In this document: piece by piece, positions 47,738-57,082 of the stretch
Numbering within the stretch: the first letter of the stretch is position 1
How the letters are laid out: each line of letters opens with the position of its first letter
Source: a virus
Lineage: Duplodnaviria; Caudoviricetes
Reading direction: 5' to 3' (one strand)
Length of the DNA: 64,000 bases
IMG/VR virus record: IMGVR_UViG_3300030118_003411
Coordinates: 1,037 to 65,036 of that record
Notes under the pieces: generated by a model
Seen by the model: only the letters and a program-made list of their open reading frames with translations
Told to the model about the DNA's origin: nothing
The model's database searches: none
Position numbers and translations under genes: made by a program

Positions 47738-48459
47738 AGAAAAATGTCTCCCTTGTCTTTATCATATTCATCGTTTCTGAGGATCCTTACACACCTAGCC
47801 ATAGCTAGAGCAAAAGACTCTGGATCCATATCTACTTGTTTATTTTCTGGTCTTTTCTCTTCTTTGTACATATTCAAAATAGATGCGTCCCAATCACACC
47901 TTTCGGTATTACTTAGTAATTTCTCGGCTTTCTTTGGTCCAACTCTCCATAGTCCGGGGATATTGTCAGTAGAATCCCCAGTCATCCACTGGGTGTAGAA
48001 AAATCTATCTGCCTCTTCTTCTGATACATAGACAGGCTTTTCTTCTTTGTCTGGATTCCAATGCCATCCCGGCACTGATCTAAGATCTTTATCTATAGTC
48101 ACAGACACCCCTGTTTCTGAGGACGATATCATACCCATGAGGTCATCTGCCTCTAGCCTATCTACACATCTTACTGACGAGTCTGATGAGTAAACAATCT
48201 CAAGAGCGTAATCTAATGCATCGGGGGTATGTAACTTGTCGCGGTGAGCTTTGTACTTAGGCCAAAAATCTCTTCTGTAGTTTTTATGACGGGGACACGA
48301 AAAACAAATAATTACATTTGATACTCCTTCTGGAGTCCATTCTTTTATATCATGATTCAGCCTATCTTCTAGCTCATCAATGCCTTCAACATCAGCCCAG
48401 TGTGCTGCTCTGTAGGCAAGGATATCTCCGTCGAGAGCAGCTAGATTAGGATACTCCAT
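47716..48459 (-). CDS. 5'-3' exonuclease (T7 gp6-like)
   Basis: DGDILAY, YKAHR, LEADD, DKDL, GDSTDNIPG..VGPKKA. Confidence 0.93.
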   Translation of the reverse strand: MEYPNLAALDGDILAYRAAHWADVEGIDELEDRLNHDIKEWTPEGVSNVIICFSCPRHKNYRRDFWPKYKAHRDKLHTPDALDYALEIVYSSDSSVRCVDRLEADDLMGMISSSETGVSVTIDKDLRSVPGWHWNPDKEEKPVYVSEEEADRFFYTQWMTGDSTDNIPGLWRVGPKKAEKLLSNTERCDWDASILNMYKEEKRPENKQVDMDPESFALAMARCVRILRNDEYDKDKGDIFLWNPIIG

Positions 48460-49235
48460 TAATCTGCTCCTTCGCTAAAGTCATCATCATCATCTACATC
48501 ATCACCGTCATCTAGATCAATGTAGTCATCTGGATCAATTCCAAACTTATCAAATATCTCATCTAGTATTTGGGACACATATTCAATTTTTAGCTGAGAT
48601 TGACTAGCCTTAGTAATAGTTTCTCTGTCTTCTTCATTGAGCATTCTTGTGCCCAGCCAAACCTCGGAATAAATTTCTACCACAGACTTAAGGTCATTTA
48701 GGTCTCCATCATTAATAAGAATAGTAGAAAAGATGCCCTTGTAGTTTGGGTCTTTTGCTTCAATGTTATTTGCCATCATTTCGGATTCGTGGTATCTCCA
48801 GTCTGCGTCTTGATCATCAATGTTTCTGTCTCCGTTAGAGACAAAAATCTGTATAGCATCATAGTCTCTACCTTTGGCTACCTCATTAATATATCTGCAA
48901 TCGTCAACCAAGATAACTCGTTCCCAATACTTTTCTCCACGTTCAATATCTTCTGCCTCAAGATTAATTACATTTTGAATTTGATCCGACCACTTGTTAA
49001 CCCAGTAGTCAGAGTCTTTGCTTCGTTCGGAAGCACCAATACCTTGGCAGTAGTTTCTGTATTCTACAGAATTCTTTTCTTTTGAGTATCCTTTTCGTTC
49101 TGCTTCATCCTTAATAGGACCAGCAAAAGGCATGAAGATTGGCTTAAAACCTAAGTGATAAGCAAACTCCGCGATCATCTTAGCTATGGTTGTCTTTCCA
49201 ACTCTAGCCCTACCTCCGAGCATTACCATCCGCAT
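48459..49235 (-). CDS. Deoxynucleoside-monophosphate kinase-like P-loop protein
   Basis: GRARVGKT, FAGPIK, DDCRYINE, HESE. Confidence 0.8.
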   Translation of the reverse strand: MRMVMLGGRARVGKTTIAKMIAEFAYHLGFKPIFMPFAGPIKDEAERKGYSKEKNSVEYRNYCQGIGASERSKDSDYWVNKWSDQIQNVINLEAEDIERGEKYWERVILVDDCRYINEVAKGRDYDAIQIFVSNGDRNIDDQDADWRYHESEMMANNIEAKDPNYKGIFSTILINDGDLNDLKSVVEIYSEVWLGTRMLNEEDRETITKASQSQLKIEYVSQILDEIFDKFGIDPDDYIDLDDGDDVDDDDDFSEGAD

Positions 49236-49378
49236 TTTTCTATATCCTCTTTAAATTGTTCTGGTGGGTTTGAAACAAGAAATACTAAGTAAGCCAGCGA
49301 ATAGATTCCATAAACCGCCGGGTTAAGTTCTCTTAGCTTTTTAGCTTTTAACAATAAAAAGTAATTACAATTGTACAT
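49223..49378 (-). CDS. Small hypothetical protein (51 aa)
   Basis: Read manually; fills the gap between Pol and kinase with TAATG coupling. Confidence 0.4.
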   Translation of the reverse strand: MYNCNYFLLLKAKKLRELNPAVYGIYSLAYLVFLVSNPPEQFKEDIEKCGW

Positions 49379-51060
49379 TAGTGTGTCTCCGACCAGTTTG
49401 ATCCAATTTTGTACTCACCATCAAGTGGCATGTTAACACCAAGTTTCTCACCGGCAAGGACAATGCTTTCGACACCAGCCTTGCCAATATCTTCGGCAAT
49501 ATCTGGATGACATTCCAGTTGCCATTCATCATGAACTGTCGCCATAAACTTGACTCCCTTTGTTTTATTTATCTTAGTATACAAGATAGCTTGAGCAAGC
49601 TTCATCACAATGGCCCCGTCTCCTTGAAGCTGAACATTCAAAGCGGCATGTTCACTACGACAAGGAACCTCTCTACCATCAAGTAGTGTAATTGTTTTCT
49701 TCTTGGCTACTTGAAACTTCACTTCATCGATTAGCTTCTTGAGTGCTGGCATGTTCCGAAGAAACCGCTGCTTCAGTGTACGTCCGTTCTGTCCGGTGAT
49801 CTTGGAGATCTTTTCGTCACCAGCACCATAGATGAATCCATAGAAGAAAGTCTTGCATACAGTACGGCTGTCGATACCAGCCTGAACCATATTGTAATCG
49901 TGAATGTCAGAACTAAGGATGACATCAGCATACTTGCCCTGATCATACTTAGCCATTCTACTGGCAAGCATACGAGCCTCAAGACCAGATGCATCAATAC
50001 CAACCATTACATTGCCATTACTGGGAATGAATAGAGATCGCATTCTAGGATCGGAGTGAACCTGCTGTAGGTTTGGTTGTGATGCAGTCATGCGTCCTGT
50101 AACCGTACCCTGAGGATTTACATTACCATGAATACGTCCATCTCTGGAGTTAGCTGATCGAGTACACCAATCTGTTACCTGTCCCTGCATTTTGGTAAGA
50201 TCAAAGTAACGAGCAAGCTTAGATGCCTCAGGAAAAGACAAAGACTTAAGAACTTCTGAGTCAACCTTTGGGTTTCCCTTGTCTGTGGTGGGAGCCTTCC
50301 AGTTGTATTTCTCACCAAGTCTCTCTGCAATTTGCTGACGAGAACCGGGGTTGAAAATAGTAATCTTATCTTTAAGTCTTTTACCTGTCTTGTCTGAGTA
50401 ACGCACCTCAACCTTAGCAGGAAACACACACCTAAGATGGTCCTCAATCTCTGCTTTCTCAAGAGATAGAAGAGAATCCAAGCGTGTAGCTTCATCTAAA
50501 TTAAAGCCAATACCGTTTTCAATCTGCTTAGATATTACATCAGTTACAATGTGTTCGAGAGCAACAGACTTGTTGTACTTATTAATAAAATTTTGCTGAG
50601 ACTTCCAGATGCGCTCTGATACTTCAACGTCACGAATACAGTATTCGATCATTTCATCTGAGCATTCTTCCCAGCCCCCTTGATAGTCCATCTTTTCAAA
50701 TCCAAGATGCTTACCCCAACAGGCAAGAGAGTTTCCTCCTAGCGGATTCTGACTCTTCTCTGGATACATCATTCTAGAGACAATGAGAGTATCCAGTTTC
50801 CTAGTCTGAATAGGGCCATAGAGCCGTGCAAGAACGGGTACATCATAGAGCGTAATATTGTGGCCGATAAGAAGATCGGCATTACGCAAAGCATTAACGC
50901 CAGATTGCATATTAGTTTCAGTGTAAACATTAACTTCTCCTGTGTCTATATCTTTAGTTACAAGACAGTGTACTCTGGTTACTTCTTTCTGTGGCTCACC
51001 CTTCTTGTTAAGGATAAGCTCATTGAGGCCATTTGCCTCGATGTCAAATACTAGTTTCAT
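49378..51060 (-). CDS. DNA polymerase family A (T7 gp5-like)
   Basis: FDIEANGL exo I, GTVTGR, DASGLEAR motif A, KTFFYGFIYG motif B, VHDEWQ motif C. Confidence 0.97.
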   Translation of the reverse strand: MKLVFDIEANGLNELILNKKGEPQKEVTRVHCLVTKDIDTGEVNVYTETNMQSGVNALRNADLLIGHNITLYDVPVLARLYGPIQTRKLDTLIVSRMMYPEKSQNPLGGNSLACWGKHLGFEKMDYQGGWEECSDEMIEYCIRDVEVSERIWKSQQNFINKYNKSVALEHIVTDVISKQIENGIGFNLDEATRLDSLLSLEKAEIEDHLRCVFPAKVEVRYSDKTGKRLKDKITIFNPGSRQQIAERLGEKYNWKAPTTDKGNPKVDSEVLKSLSFPEASKLARYFDLTKMQGQVTDWCTRSANSRDGRIHGNVNPQGTVTGRMTASQPNLQQVHSDPRMRSLFIPSNGNVMVGIDASGLEARMLASRMAKYDQGKYADVILSSDIHDYNMVQAGIDSRTVCKTFFYGFIYGAGDEKISKITGQNGRTLKQRFLRNMPALKKLIDEVKFQVAKKKTITLLDGREVPCRSEHAALNVQLQGDGAIVMKLAQAILYTKINKTKGVKFMATVHDEWQLECHPDIAEDIGKAGVESIVLAGEKLGVNMPLDGEYKIGSNWSETH

Positions 51061-51083
51061 TATTTCATCCTGATTGTTAGGGA

Positions 51084-52811
51084 TTACTCAACGGGTTCAA
51101 AGTGAATCTGTCCGTCTTCCGAGACGGCGAAATCAATCTCCTTTGTCCTACCAGTAATTCGGTCATAGAACAGGCATGCTGCCACACCAGCTCGACCAGT
51201 AAGTCGATTCTTAAGAACTCGAATAGTAGTAGTATTAGCAACTACAGGGTTCTCGTTCTGACGATCACGCTCAAGAGCAATCACAGTGTTAGGTACACTG
51301 GCAAGTGAGCCGGATCCTCGAAGATCCTGAAGGGTGATGCGATCACCTTCTTCATAAGCCTTCTGGGTTTTCTTAAGCTGAGAGACAACATCGATGCGGA
51401 CCCCAGTACGAGAGACAAGAGCGCGTAGTTCCTTCATAAGGTTGTCGATGATAAGACGCTCGGATGCACCACCATCGATATCCTTCTCATTTGCTCCAGC
51501 CATACCAACAGCAGCGGCGGTGATGTGATCAAGTACAATAACATCTACACCAAGAGATACAGCCATGAACTCCATACGAGCAGCAAGGTTCTGTAGAGCG
51601 TTGTTGCCAAGGTGATCGTAGATATAGAAGTTGGTTCCAGTAAGCCGCTCTCTGGCTTCTGCATACTCCTCATCAGTGAGGTCATCAATGATCTCCATTT
51701 CTACAGGATCCTTGCCCATACGCTGTCGAAGCTCGTTCATAGTACGAGCAGCACGAATAGCACGAACGGGCTTGTTGATAAGCAAGCTGATCATATCATC
51801 AATAGTCTCCTGAGGCGACTCCTCCAGCATGATAGCACCAACGGAGCGGCCCTCTTCAAGATGGTGACACATGATCTCACGGAGGATGGTGGACTTGCCG
51901 GAGCCAGTACCTGAGGTCCACAGGGTGATCTCTCCTGATCGCTGGCCGATAAGGAAGTCAGTGAGCCTATCATAAGGGAAAGGGTACACCTTGCTCTCAA
52001 GCTGATCAGCCGTAGACAATACGTTAGATACATGCAGGATCTCGTCGGGAGAGTATAGCGGGGCTTGCCAAGTAGCATTGACAACAGCCTTGCCCTCGCC
52101 CTTGACAAGGCACTCGTTAGCATCCTTGTAAGGAAGCGATGCAATGCGACACTTGCCGGGAGGCAGGATCTCTGCAACTTCCTTAGCTGCCTCACGACCG
52201 GGATCGTCTTGATCAAACATGATAACAATCTCGTCGTAGCTAGTAACAAACTCAAGGTTATCCTTGATAGCTCTAGCTGCGCCGTTGGCACCAGCAGGAA
52301 CAGACACTACAGGCCAGCTATTGTTTAGAAGCTGGTTGACAGTCATTGCATCTATCTCACCTTCGGTGATAACAAGACGCTTTGCATTACCAGACTTGTT
52401 AGTCCAAACATTCTGACCAAACAAAGGAGCGTTCTTAGCAGAACCCTTCCAGAAGAAAGTCTTATCGGGACCGCGCAGCTTTTGACCAACAATAGCATTG
52501 TCTCGATAATAATTTGCAATGTGAACATCCTTGCCGTTGATACGAGCAACTTGATATCCATAAATCCTTGCGGTCTTCTCGGTAATACCTCGGTCAGATA
52601 GACCAGTGAAGGTGCCGGTATGAGGCTTGAAGTTTACGGTAGAAGAGTGAGTAGTGGTCATTCGAGTAGAGTTTCCTTTGCTATTTTCATAGTGACCGCA
52701 GCTAAAACAATAACCGCTACCATCGTCATATACGGCCATATTGTCTTCTGAGTTATCTCGCCCATTTGCTGCACAAGAGGGGCATTGCTTACGTTCAGTC
52801 ATAGTTCCCAT
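51084..52811 (-). CDS. Primase-helicase (T7 gp4-like)
   Basis: Zn finger CPSC/CFSC, TEGEIDA TOPRIM, SGTGSGKS, LDHIT, LRGSGS, LKNRLTG. Confidence 0.97.
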   Translation of the reverse strand: MGTMTERKQCPSCAANGRDNSEDNMAVYDDGSGYCFSCGHYENSKGNSTRMTTTHSSTVNFKPHTGTFTGLSDRGITEKTARIYGYQVARINGKDVHIANYYRDNAIVGQKLRGPDKTFFWKGSAKNAPLFGQNVWTNKSGNAKRLVITEGEIDAMTVNQLLNNSWPVVSVPAGANGAARAIKDNLEFVTSYDEIVIMFDQDDPGREAAKEVAEILPPGKCRIASLPYKDANECLVKGEGKAVVNATWQAPLYSPDEILHVSNVLSTADQLESKVYPFPYDRLTDFLIGQRSGEITLWTSGTGSGKSTILREIMCHHLEEGRSVGAIMLEESPQETIDDMISLLINKPVRAIRAARTMNELRQRMGKDPVEMEIIDDLTDEEYAEARERLTGTNFYIYDHLGNNALQNLAARMEFMAVSLGVDVIVLDHITAAAVGMAGANEKDIDGGASERLIIDNLMKELRALVSRTGVRIDVVSQLKKTQKAYEEGDRITLQDLRGSGSLASVPNTVIALERDRQNENPVVANTTTIRVLKNRLTGRAGVAACLFYDRITGRTKEIDFAVSEDGQIHFEPVE

Positions 52812-53280
52812 GAGTATTCTCCAATATATTTTTAATCTTCTTTAGTTCTCCACACACCCAAGATCTGGACTTGCCGATCTTTCTTCCAATCACATCTTGA
52901 GTATCTTTGTTTAATCTCATTTCTACAATTAGCTTTTGTCTATCTGAAAGTACTTCCAAAAGCTCCCAAGAAAAATCATTGACAACTTCTTTATCTAAGT
53001 GAATAGGTTCAAGATTTGTTTTAAGATTATATCTTCTTAGCCACTTTCTATTAGCTTGTTTTCTATATCCCTGATCATGCATGTAATCATAGATAACATC
53101 TTTCTTAACTGTAAAATTAAGATATATTTCTACCTTTGTTTTTGTGTCATCAAACTTTTGAAGTCTTTTCCAAGCATGAATCAAAGCGCACGAATAAATT
53201 TCTTCATTCGTCCACCTTGGGCACTTGGAAGCAAGTGAATAAGATATCTTATTAATTAAATCTAGGTTTTCTTCAAGCAT
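52795..53280 (-). CDS. Sigma70/ECF-like RNA polymerase sigma factor
   Basis: Region 2 (EEIYSCALIHAWKRLQKFD..YL) and region 4 HTH (LSDRQKLIV..TQDVIGRKIGKSRSWV). Confidence 0.75.
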   Translation of the reverse strand: MLEENLDLINKISYSLASKCPRWTNEEIYSCALIHAWKRLQKFDDTKTKVEIYLNFTVKKDVIYDYMHDQGYRKQANRKWLRRYNLKTNLEPIHLDKEVVNDFSWELLEVLSDRQKLIVEMRLNKDTQDVIGRKIGKSRSWVCGELKKIKNILENTHGNYD

Positions 53281-53296
53281 AAATCTCCCTTTCTAA

Positions 53297-53369
53297 TACC
53301 CCCGGTAGGACTCGAACCTACGACCAACCGGTTAAAAGCCGGTTGCTCTACCAACTGAGCTACGGAGGC
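53297..53369 (-). tRNA. tRNA-Lys(UUU)
   Basis: Canonical cloverleaf; anticodon loop CTTTTAA; TTCGAGT T-loop; no encoded CCA. Confidence 0.95.
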
Positions 53370-53375
53370 ATATAA

Positions 53376-53615
53376 TTATTCGTATCTTCCAATCAACCAG
53401 CAAAAGAAACTAGAACATTTAGACTTCTTGCCACAGGGACAAGACTGAATATCTTCTGGATTTTTCTTTGCTCTACCAAGACCCCTTTCAACCTCTGAAT
53501 CGGTCAAAAGAATCTGGTAATTCTTTCCTTTGTAATCAACAGAACACTGCCAATAGTTTTTGGCTTCACGTTTACTTTTTCTATTTTTGTTTTCTTTTCT
53601 GCTGCAACTTGCCAT
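53376..53615 (-). CDS. Hypothetical protein (LLTDSEV.RG..RA.KNPED)
   Basis: ORF with RBS inside the tRNA cluster. Confidence 0.6.
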   Translation of the reverse strand: MASCSRKENKNRKSKREAKNYWQCSVDYKGKNYQILLTDSEVERGLGRAKKNPEDIQSCPCGKKSKCSSFFCWLIGRYE

Positions 53616-53766
53616 TCTTTAATTCCTTTTCTCCAAAAATTTTATCGTAGTTATCTCTATACTTTTCTTCATCCGTTTTACGGCGGACGCTTCCTTTTCC
53701 TCCTGTAGAGGAAATATATTTTTGTTTGGATTCCCAAGCTTTTTCGCTTGCATAATCTCTAGCCAT
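53581..53766 (-). CDS. Hypothetical protein (GKGS.RR...Y.DNYD.IF family)
   Basis: Motif common in small phage proteins. Confidence 0.65.
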   Translation of the reverse strand: MARDYASEKAWESKQKYISSTGGKGSVRRKTDEEKYRDNYDKIFGEKELKNGKLQQKRKQK

Positions 53767-53770
53767 AAAG

Positions 53771-53844
53771 CACTCCCGGCAGGACTTGAACCTGCAACCT
53801 GCGGATTAGAAGTCCGCTGCTCTATCCAATTGAGCTACGAGAGC
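53771..53844 (-). tRNA. tRNA-Arg(UCU)
   Basis: Cloverleaf; anticodon loop CTTCTAA. Confidence 0.95.
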
Positions 53845-54191
53845 AATACGATTCCTTCTCTCGTAGTATAATATATGTTGTCAAATATCTCTAAACACCA
53901 AGGCAAACACTTGACACAAGGTTTGGACATTCTCATCTGCCCATACCTATTATATCGAAAGTTGATCAGAGTAAGTTTACTTCTTTCGTCTGTTTTTCTA
54001 AAAGCATCTAACTCTGAATGTAGCTCATTATACCTGTAACCGTATTTAGCTGCTAGTGGATGAGTCTTATGTTTATTAATACCTACAGATATTATTTTAT
54101 TTCCTCTGCAAATAATAGAGCAATGCTTTTTAGACAGAGGATTTTCAACACACGTTTTTAATCCTAATGGTATAAATTGATCTATCTTCAT
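53835..54191 (-). CDS. Zn-dependent cytidine/dCMP deaminase-like protein
   Basis: HSELDA and SKPCVKC zinc motifs; start MKIDQ just 3' of tRNA-Ile. Confidence 0.8.
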   Translation of the reverse strand: MKIDQFIPLGLKTCVENPLSKKHCSIICRGNKIISVGINKHKTHPLAAKYGYRYNELHSELDAFRKTDERSKLTLINFRYNRYGQMRMSKPCVKCLPWCLEIFDNIYYTTREGIVLLS

Positions 54192-54193
54192 AA

Positions 54194-54273
54194 TCCTCAG
54201 GGCAGGATTCGAACCTGCGACGTGACGGCGATTATAAGTCACCCGCTACAACGCCAACGCAGCTTGCCTGAGG
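54194..54273 (-). tRNA. Atypical tRNA-Ile(UAU)
   Basis: Acceptor CCTCAGG/CCTGAGG-A; anticodon arm GGTGA-CTTATAA-TCGCC; T arm GCAGG-TTCGAAT-CCTGC; unusual D arm. Confidence 0.8.
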
Positions 54274-54394
54274 TAAACCCCCCTGTCTCCAACATCGAAG
54301 ACAGGAGGGCGGATTGACGGTCCTGTTGGTAAGTTCAACAGAACCAAGGTAGCGTTCTTTAATCTTAAAGATTTTTAGATTCTACCCAACCCAA

Positions 54395-54468
54395 TAGCTC
54401 CGGTGGGATTCGAACCCACACTGTATGGATTTTAAGTCCACTGCCTCTGCCGATTGGGCTACGGAGCC
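54395..54468 (-). tRNA. tRNA-Leu(UAA), short variable loop
   Basis: Cloverleaf; anticodon loop CTTAAAA; 5-nt variable region. Confidence 0.9.
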
Positions 54469-54490
54469 AAGAGAACAGCGAACCTTAGTC

Positions 54491-54904
54491 CTACTGTTCC
54501 GTAACACTTATAATAAAGTGTCCCTCTTCACCATCTTCCGCCCATCTTTTAGAAGCATCGATAGAAATAATCTGTGAATCATCTACCCATAGCTTTTTAT
54601 TTAAACAATCTAAACAAGCTTTGATTCCGTTGTCAACGTCCCACTTTGGATAATCAAACTTAGTTGTTTTTGGTTTTTTAACATTCATCTGTAAAGACAC
54701 ATGAAGTGGTCCTTCTATTAAAGGATATCCTTCGCTAAACACCTCATCTACTACGTTAGCTGCTTCAGAGATAAATCTCTTGTAGGGACCAGCGTAGTAA
54801 GCGTGAGGCCTCCCGCCCCGACCCTTAGAGAGCCGGGGCCGGGAAGCCGCTACGGGGTTTAGGGGGAAAACCCACTCAAGGGAGTCTTTAGAACGGGAGG
54901 TCAC
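54491..54904 (-). CDS. rusA: RusA-family Holliday junction resolvase
   Basis: PVAASRPR, DVDNGIKACLDCLN..LWVDDSQI. Confidence 0.88.
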   Translation of the reverse strand: MTSRSKDSLEWVFPLNPVAASRPRLSKGRGGRPHAYYAGPYKRFISEAANVVDEVFSEGYPLIEGPLHVSLQMNVKKPKTTKFDYPKWDVDNGIKACLDCLNKKLWVDDSQIISIDASKRWAEDGEEGHFIISVTEQ

Positions 54905-55439
54905 TATCCGTGATCTCCTCGGTATCTGTTACTTCTTCAACAACAGCAGTTGACTCAGTAACGGGAGCCTTGTAGTCTGAGCCATCAAAGCCTTCAGTCT
55001 TTGAGAATCCGCCAGTATCTTCATATGGCTTCTTTTCAATAATCTGAACACCACTAAGGAATAGACTCATTGAAGAGTCTCGGTCGATAATCATAGGTGT
55101 AAGCTTGAGCTTAACCTTATCTCCACCAAAAGCAACTGCCTCAGTCTTCTGAGCATTTGCATCATAGCAAGGATAGATCTCCTGACCCTTCTTGCTAAAC
55201 GAAGAAGACTTAGCCTTGATAACAGTAACACCGTCATCAGTTGTCCTCATTCCATTAATCTTAGTAGCATTGTGTTCAGTCTTGAGCTTATCAAGCTGAG
55301 ATTGAAGCTCTTCATCAACAACAACAGTAATGTTGTGATTACCGGGCTTACCAAACTTGTCATCGACCTTGTGGAGGAATGCCCACTGAACATCAAGAGT
55401 TCCCGTAATAAAAGTAGCTGGCTTATTCTTCGTCATCAT
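54888..55439 (-). CDS. Single-stranded DNA-binding protein (gp2.5-like)
   Basis: WAFL..D.KF, L.GVQII, acidic tail ending DLPF. Confidence 0.85.
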   Translation of the reverse strand: MMTKNKPATFITGTLDVQWAFLHKVDDKFGKPGNHNITVVVDEELQSQLDKLKTEHNATKINGMRTTDDGVTVIKAKSSSFSKKGQEIYPCYDANAQKTEAVAFGGDKVKLKLTPMIIDRDSSMSLFLSGVQIIEKKPYEDTGGFSKTEGFDGSDYKAPVTESTAVVEEVTDTEEITDSDLPF

Positions 55440-55653
55440 TAGTATCTCCTTCATGAATTTCTTCTGGGTTATTCTTATTAGCTTGTACAATCAAGCCATT
55501 TACATCATCCTTAATTCTTCGTGAAATCTGTTCTAGCGAATCAGCAAGACTAGCTAGATATCCCAATACAATCTCAAGAGAGATGGCAGGAACTTGGGAT
55601 TCGTTAGTATCTTCGGATACTGGTTCCAAAACTTCTTCAGTTAAATTGTCCAT
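55423..55653 (-). CDS. Acidic hypothetical protein
   Basis: ORF with AAGGAG RBS. Confidence 0.6.
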   Translation of the reverse strand: MDNLTEEVLEPVSEDTNESQVPAISLEIVLGYLASLADSLEQISRRIKDDVNGLIVQANKNNPEEIHEGDTNDDEE

Positions 55654-55700
55654 ATTTACTCCTTCCTTACTTACTAAATCGGATAAGGGGTCATAAGTTT

Positions 55701-55811
55701 TTAATTCTTTCTTCCTCTTTTCCTAAGTCCATATTTATTCTTTTTAGAACGACGAGGCTTTCCTGCTGTACGTCCTCTAAATTCTTTAAAGTTAAGTTTC
55801 TTATTGCTCAT
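55701..55811 (-). CDS. Tiny basic protein (36 aa)
   Basis: Read manually: MSNKKLNFKEFRGRTAGKPRRSKKNKYGLRKRGRKN; ATGA overlap with the upstream gene. Confidence 0.45.
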   Translation of the reverse strand: MSNKKLNFKEFRGRTAGKPRRSKKNKYGLRKRGRKN

Positions 55812-56467
55812 AGATCCATTAGCTCCAAGTAAGGATGTCCATCAATTACAACCCCACAAGATACAATTGGCTTTTTCATGCAATTACTTCCATAATCCAT
55901 AGCAATATGTTTTGCGTCTACTCCGCAGCCTACATTCATGCCAAACAACCTTGTATTAGGGCCAGCAAGCCAATTAATACTGCTAATAGAATGACAGTGA
56001 CCGCTGACTGTTGACATTGCCCTAGACCTTGCTGCATTAAAGGCAGGATACTGTCCGCCAGCTCCTGTCCCATGATGATAGAATACTCCATCGATCTCAA
56101 AAGAATACTCCCAGCTCCACTTAGGGGTTTGATAAATGTCAGAATAACTCCTCAGATACATTTGAGGAATACCAACGTCACTACTAAGTTTCATGACTCG
56201 TTCATCATGGTTTCCAATACAAACTTTAGCTCTAGGAAACATACGCTTCCATTTAGCCATGCTTTCAAAAGCTTCTTTAAACTCTTGAACTGGACCACCG
56301 GACTCCACATGCTTTTTATGAAATGAAATACTGTGATGATCTAAAACATCACCAATAAATACTGTCGTATCTGTTTTATACTTTCTTTTGATTTTCTTTA
56401 CAAAATCAAAGTATCCTTGCTTTTCAGCAGGAAGGTGCAAATCACCAATAACCAAAACTCTACTCAT
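55808..56467 (-). CDS. Calcineurin-like metallophosphoesterase
   Basis: GDLH, GDVLD, GNHD, HG, GHCH motifs. Confidence 0.9.
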   Translation of the reverse strand: MSRVLVIGDLHLPAEKQGYFDFVKKIKRKYKTDTTVFIGDVLDHHSISFHKKHVESGGPVQEFKEAFESMAKWKRMFPRAKVCIGNHDERVMKLSSDVGIPQMYLRSYSDIYQTPKWSWEYSFEIDGVFYHHGTGAGGQYPAFNAARSRAMSTVSGHCHSISSINWLAGPNTRLFGMNVGCGVDAKHIAMDYGSNCMKKPIVSCGVVIDGHPYLELMDL

Positions 56468-56469
56468 TG

Positions 56470-56709
56470 TTATACCTCACTGAGTCCCTCGTCTTCTTCT
56501 GCCGGTACAATCAAATGTAGATTGAATCCGTTAGACGGTGACACTTGTTGTTTAAGAAAAGAATCAAAAAGGTTTGTTGTAAAAATATTCATCATAGCTT
56601 TGCAATTAAACTCAATGCACATATGAGTATCTTTAAGTTTCGCTAACTTAACCGCCTGATCTAAAGCTAATTCCATTTCCCCTTCGTTTTCAACATGAAG
56701 ACATCCCAT
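56470..56709 (-). CDS. Hypothetical protein
   Basis: ORF with RBS in operon. Confidence 0.55.
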   Translation of the reverse strand: MGCLHVENEGEMELALDQAVKLAKLKDTHMCIEFNCKAMMNIFTTNLFDSFLKQQVSPSNGFNLHLIVPAEEDEGLSEV

Positions 56710-57082
56710 CTTTTTCTCCCTTAAGAGTTGTAAAATTAATTATCATTCCTTTTGGAATAACATTTACGCTACCTGTTTCTTCCGGTCCTATTGTATCTGT
56801 TACGGCAATATACTCATCTGTTTCGTTCATAACAAAACCAATAGTATTCATAATTGGAGGAGAAGACTGACAATACTTCATAGCATCCTCTGCATAGACC
56901 CATTCAGGTCCACCGTGAGTAGCCGCATCTTTCCACCTAATCCAAACACATTTAGGAAAAGAGATAATCTGATTTAAGAACTCTTGATATTTTGAATCCT
57001 CCTCGCTCTGGGACAGAGGGGAGTGTAAGGTCCGTGTTTCTCTCGATCTCTTCTTTGAGTGTCTGTAGTTGATTTTCTTCAT
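56690..57082 (-). CDS. Hypothetical protein (V.I.W.DA...TIGF..IPKGMI family)
   Basis: Common phage motif; the nearest in-frame ATG lies inside the RNAP 3' end, so the start is uncertain. Confidence 0.6.
   Translation of the reverse strand: MKKINYRHSKKRSRETRTLHSPLSQSEEDSKYQEFLNQIISFPKCVWIRWKDAATHGGPEWVYAEDAMKYCQSSPPIMNTIGFVMNETDEYIAVTDTIGPEETGSVNVIPKGMIINFTTLKGEKDGMSSC

Noticed and set aside
54192-54242. N-terminal extension of the deaminase ORF given in the ORF track
   Set aside because: Overlaps tRNA-Ile; the true start is more likely ATG 54191
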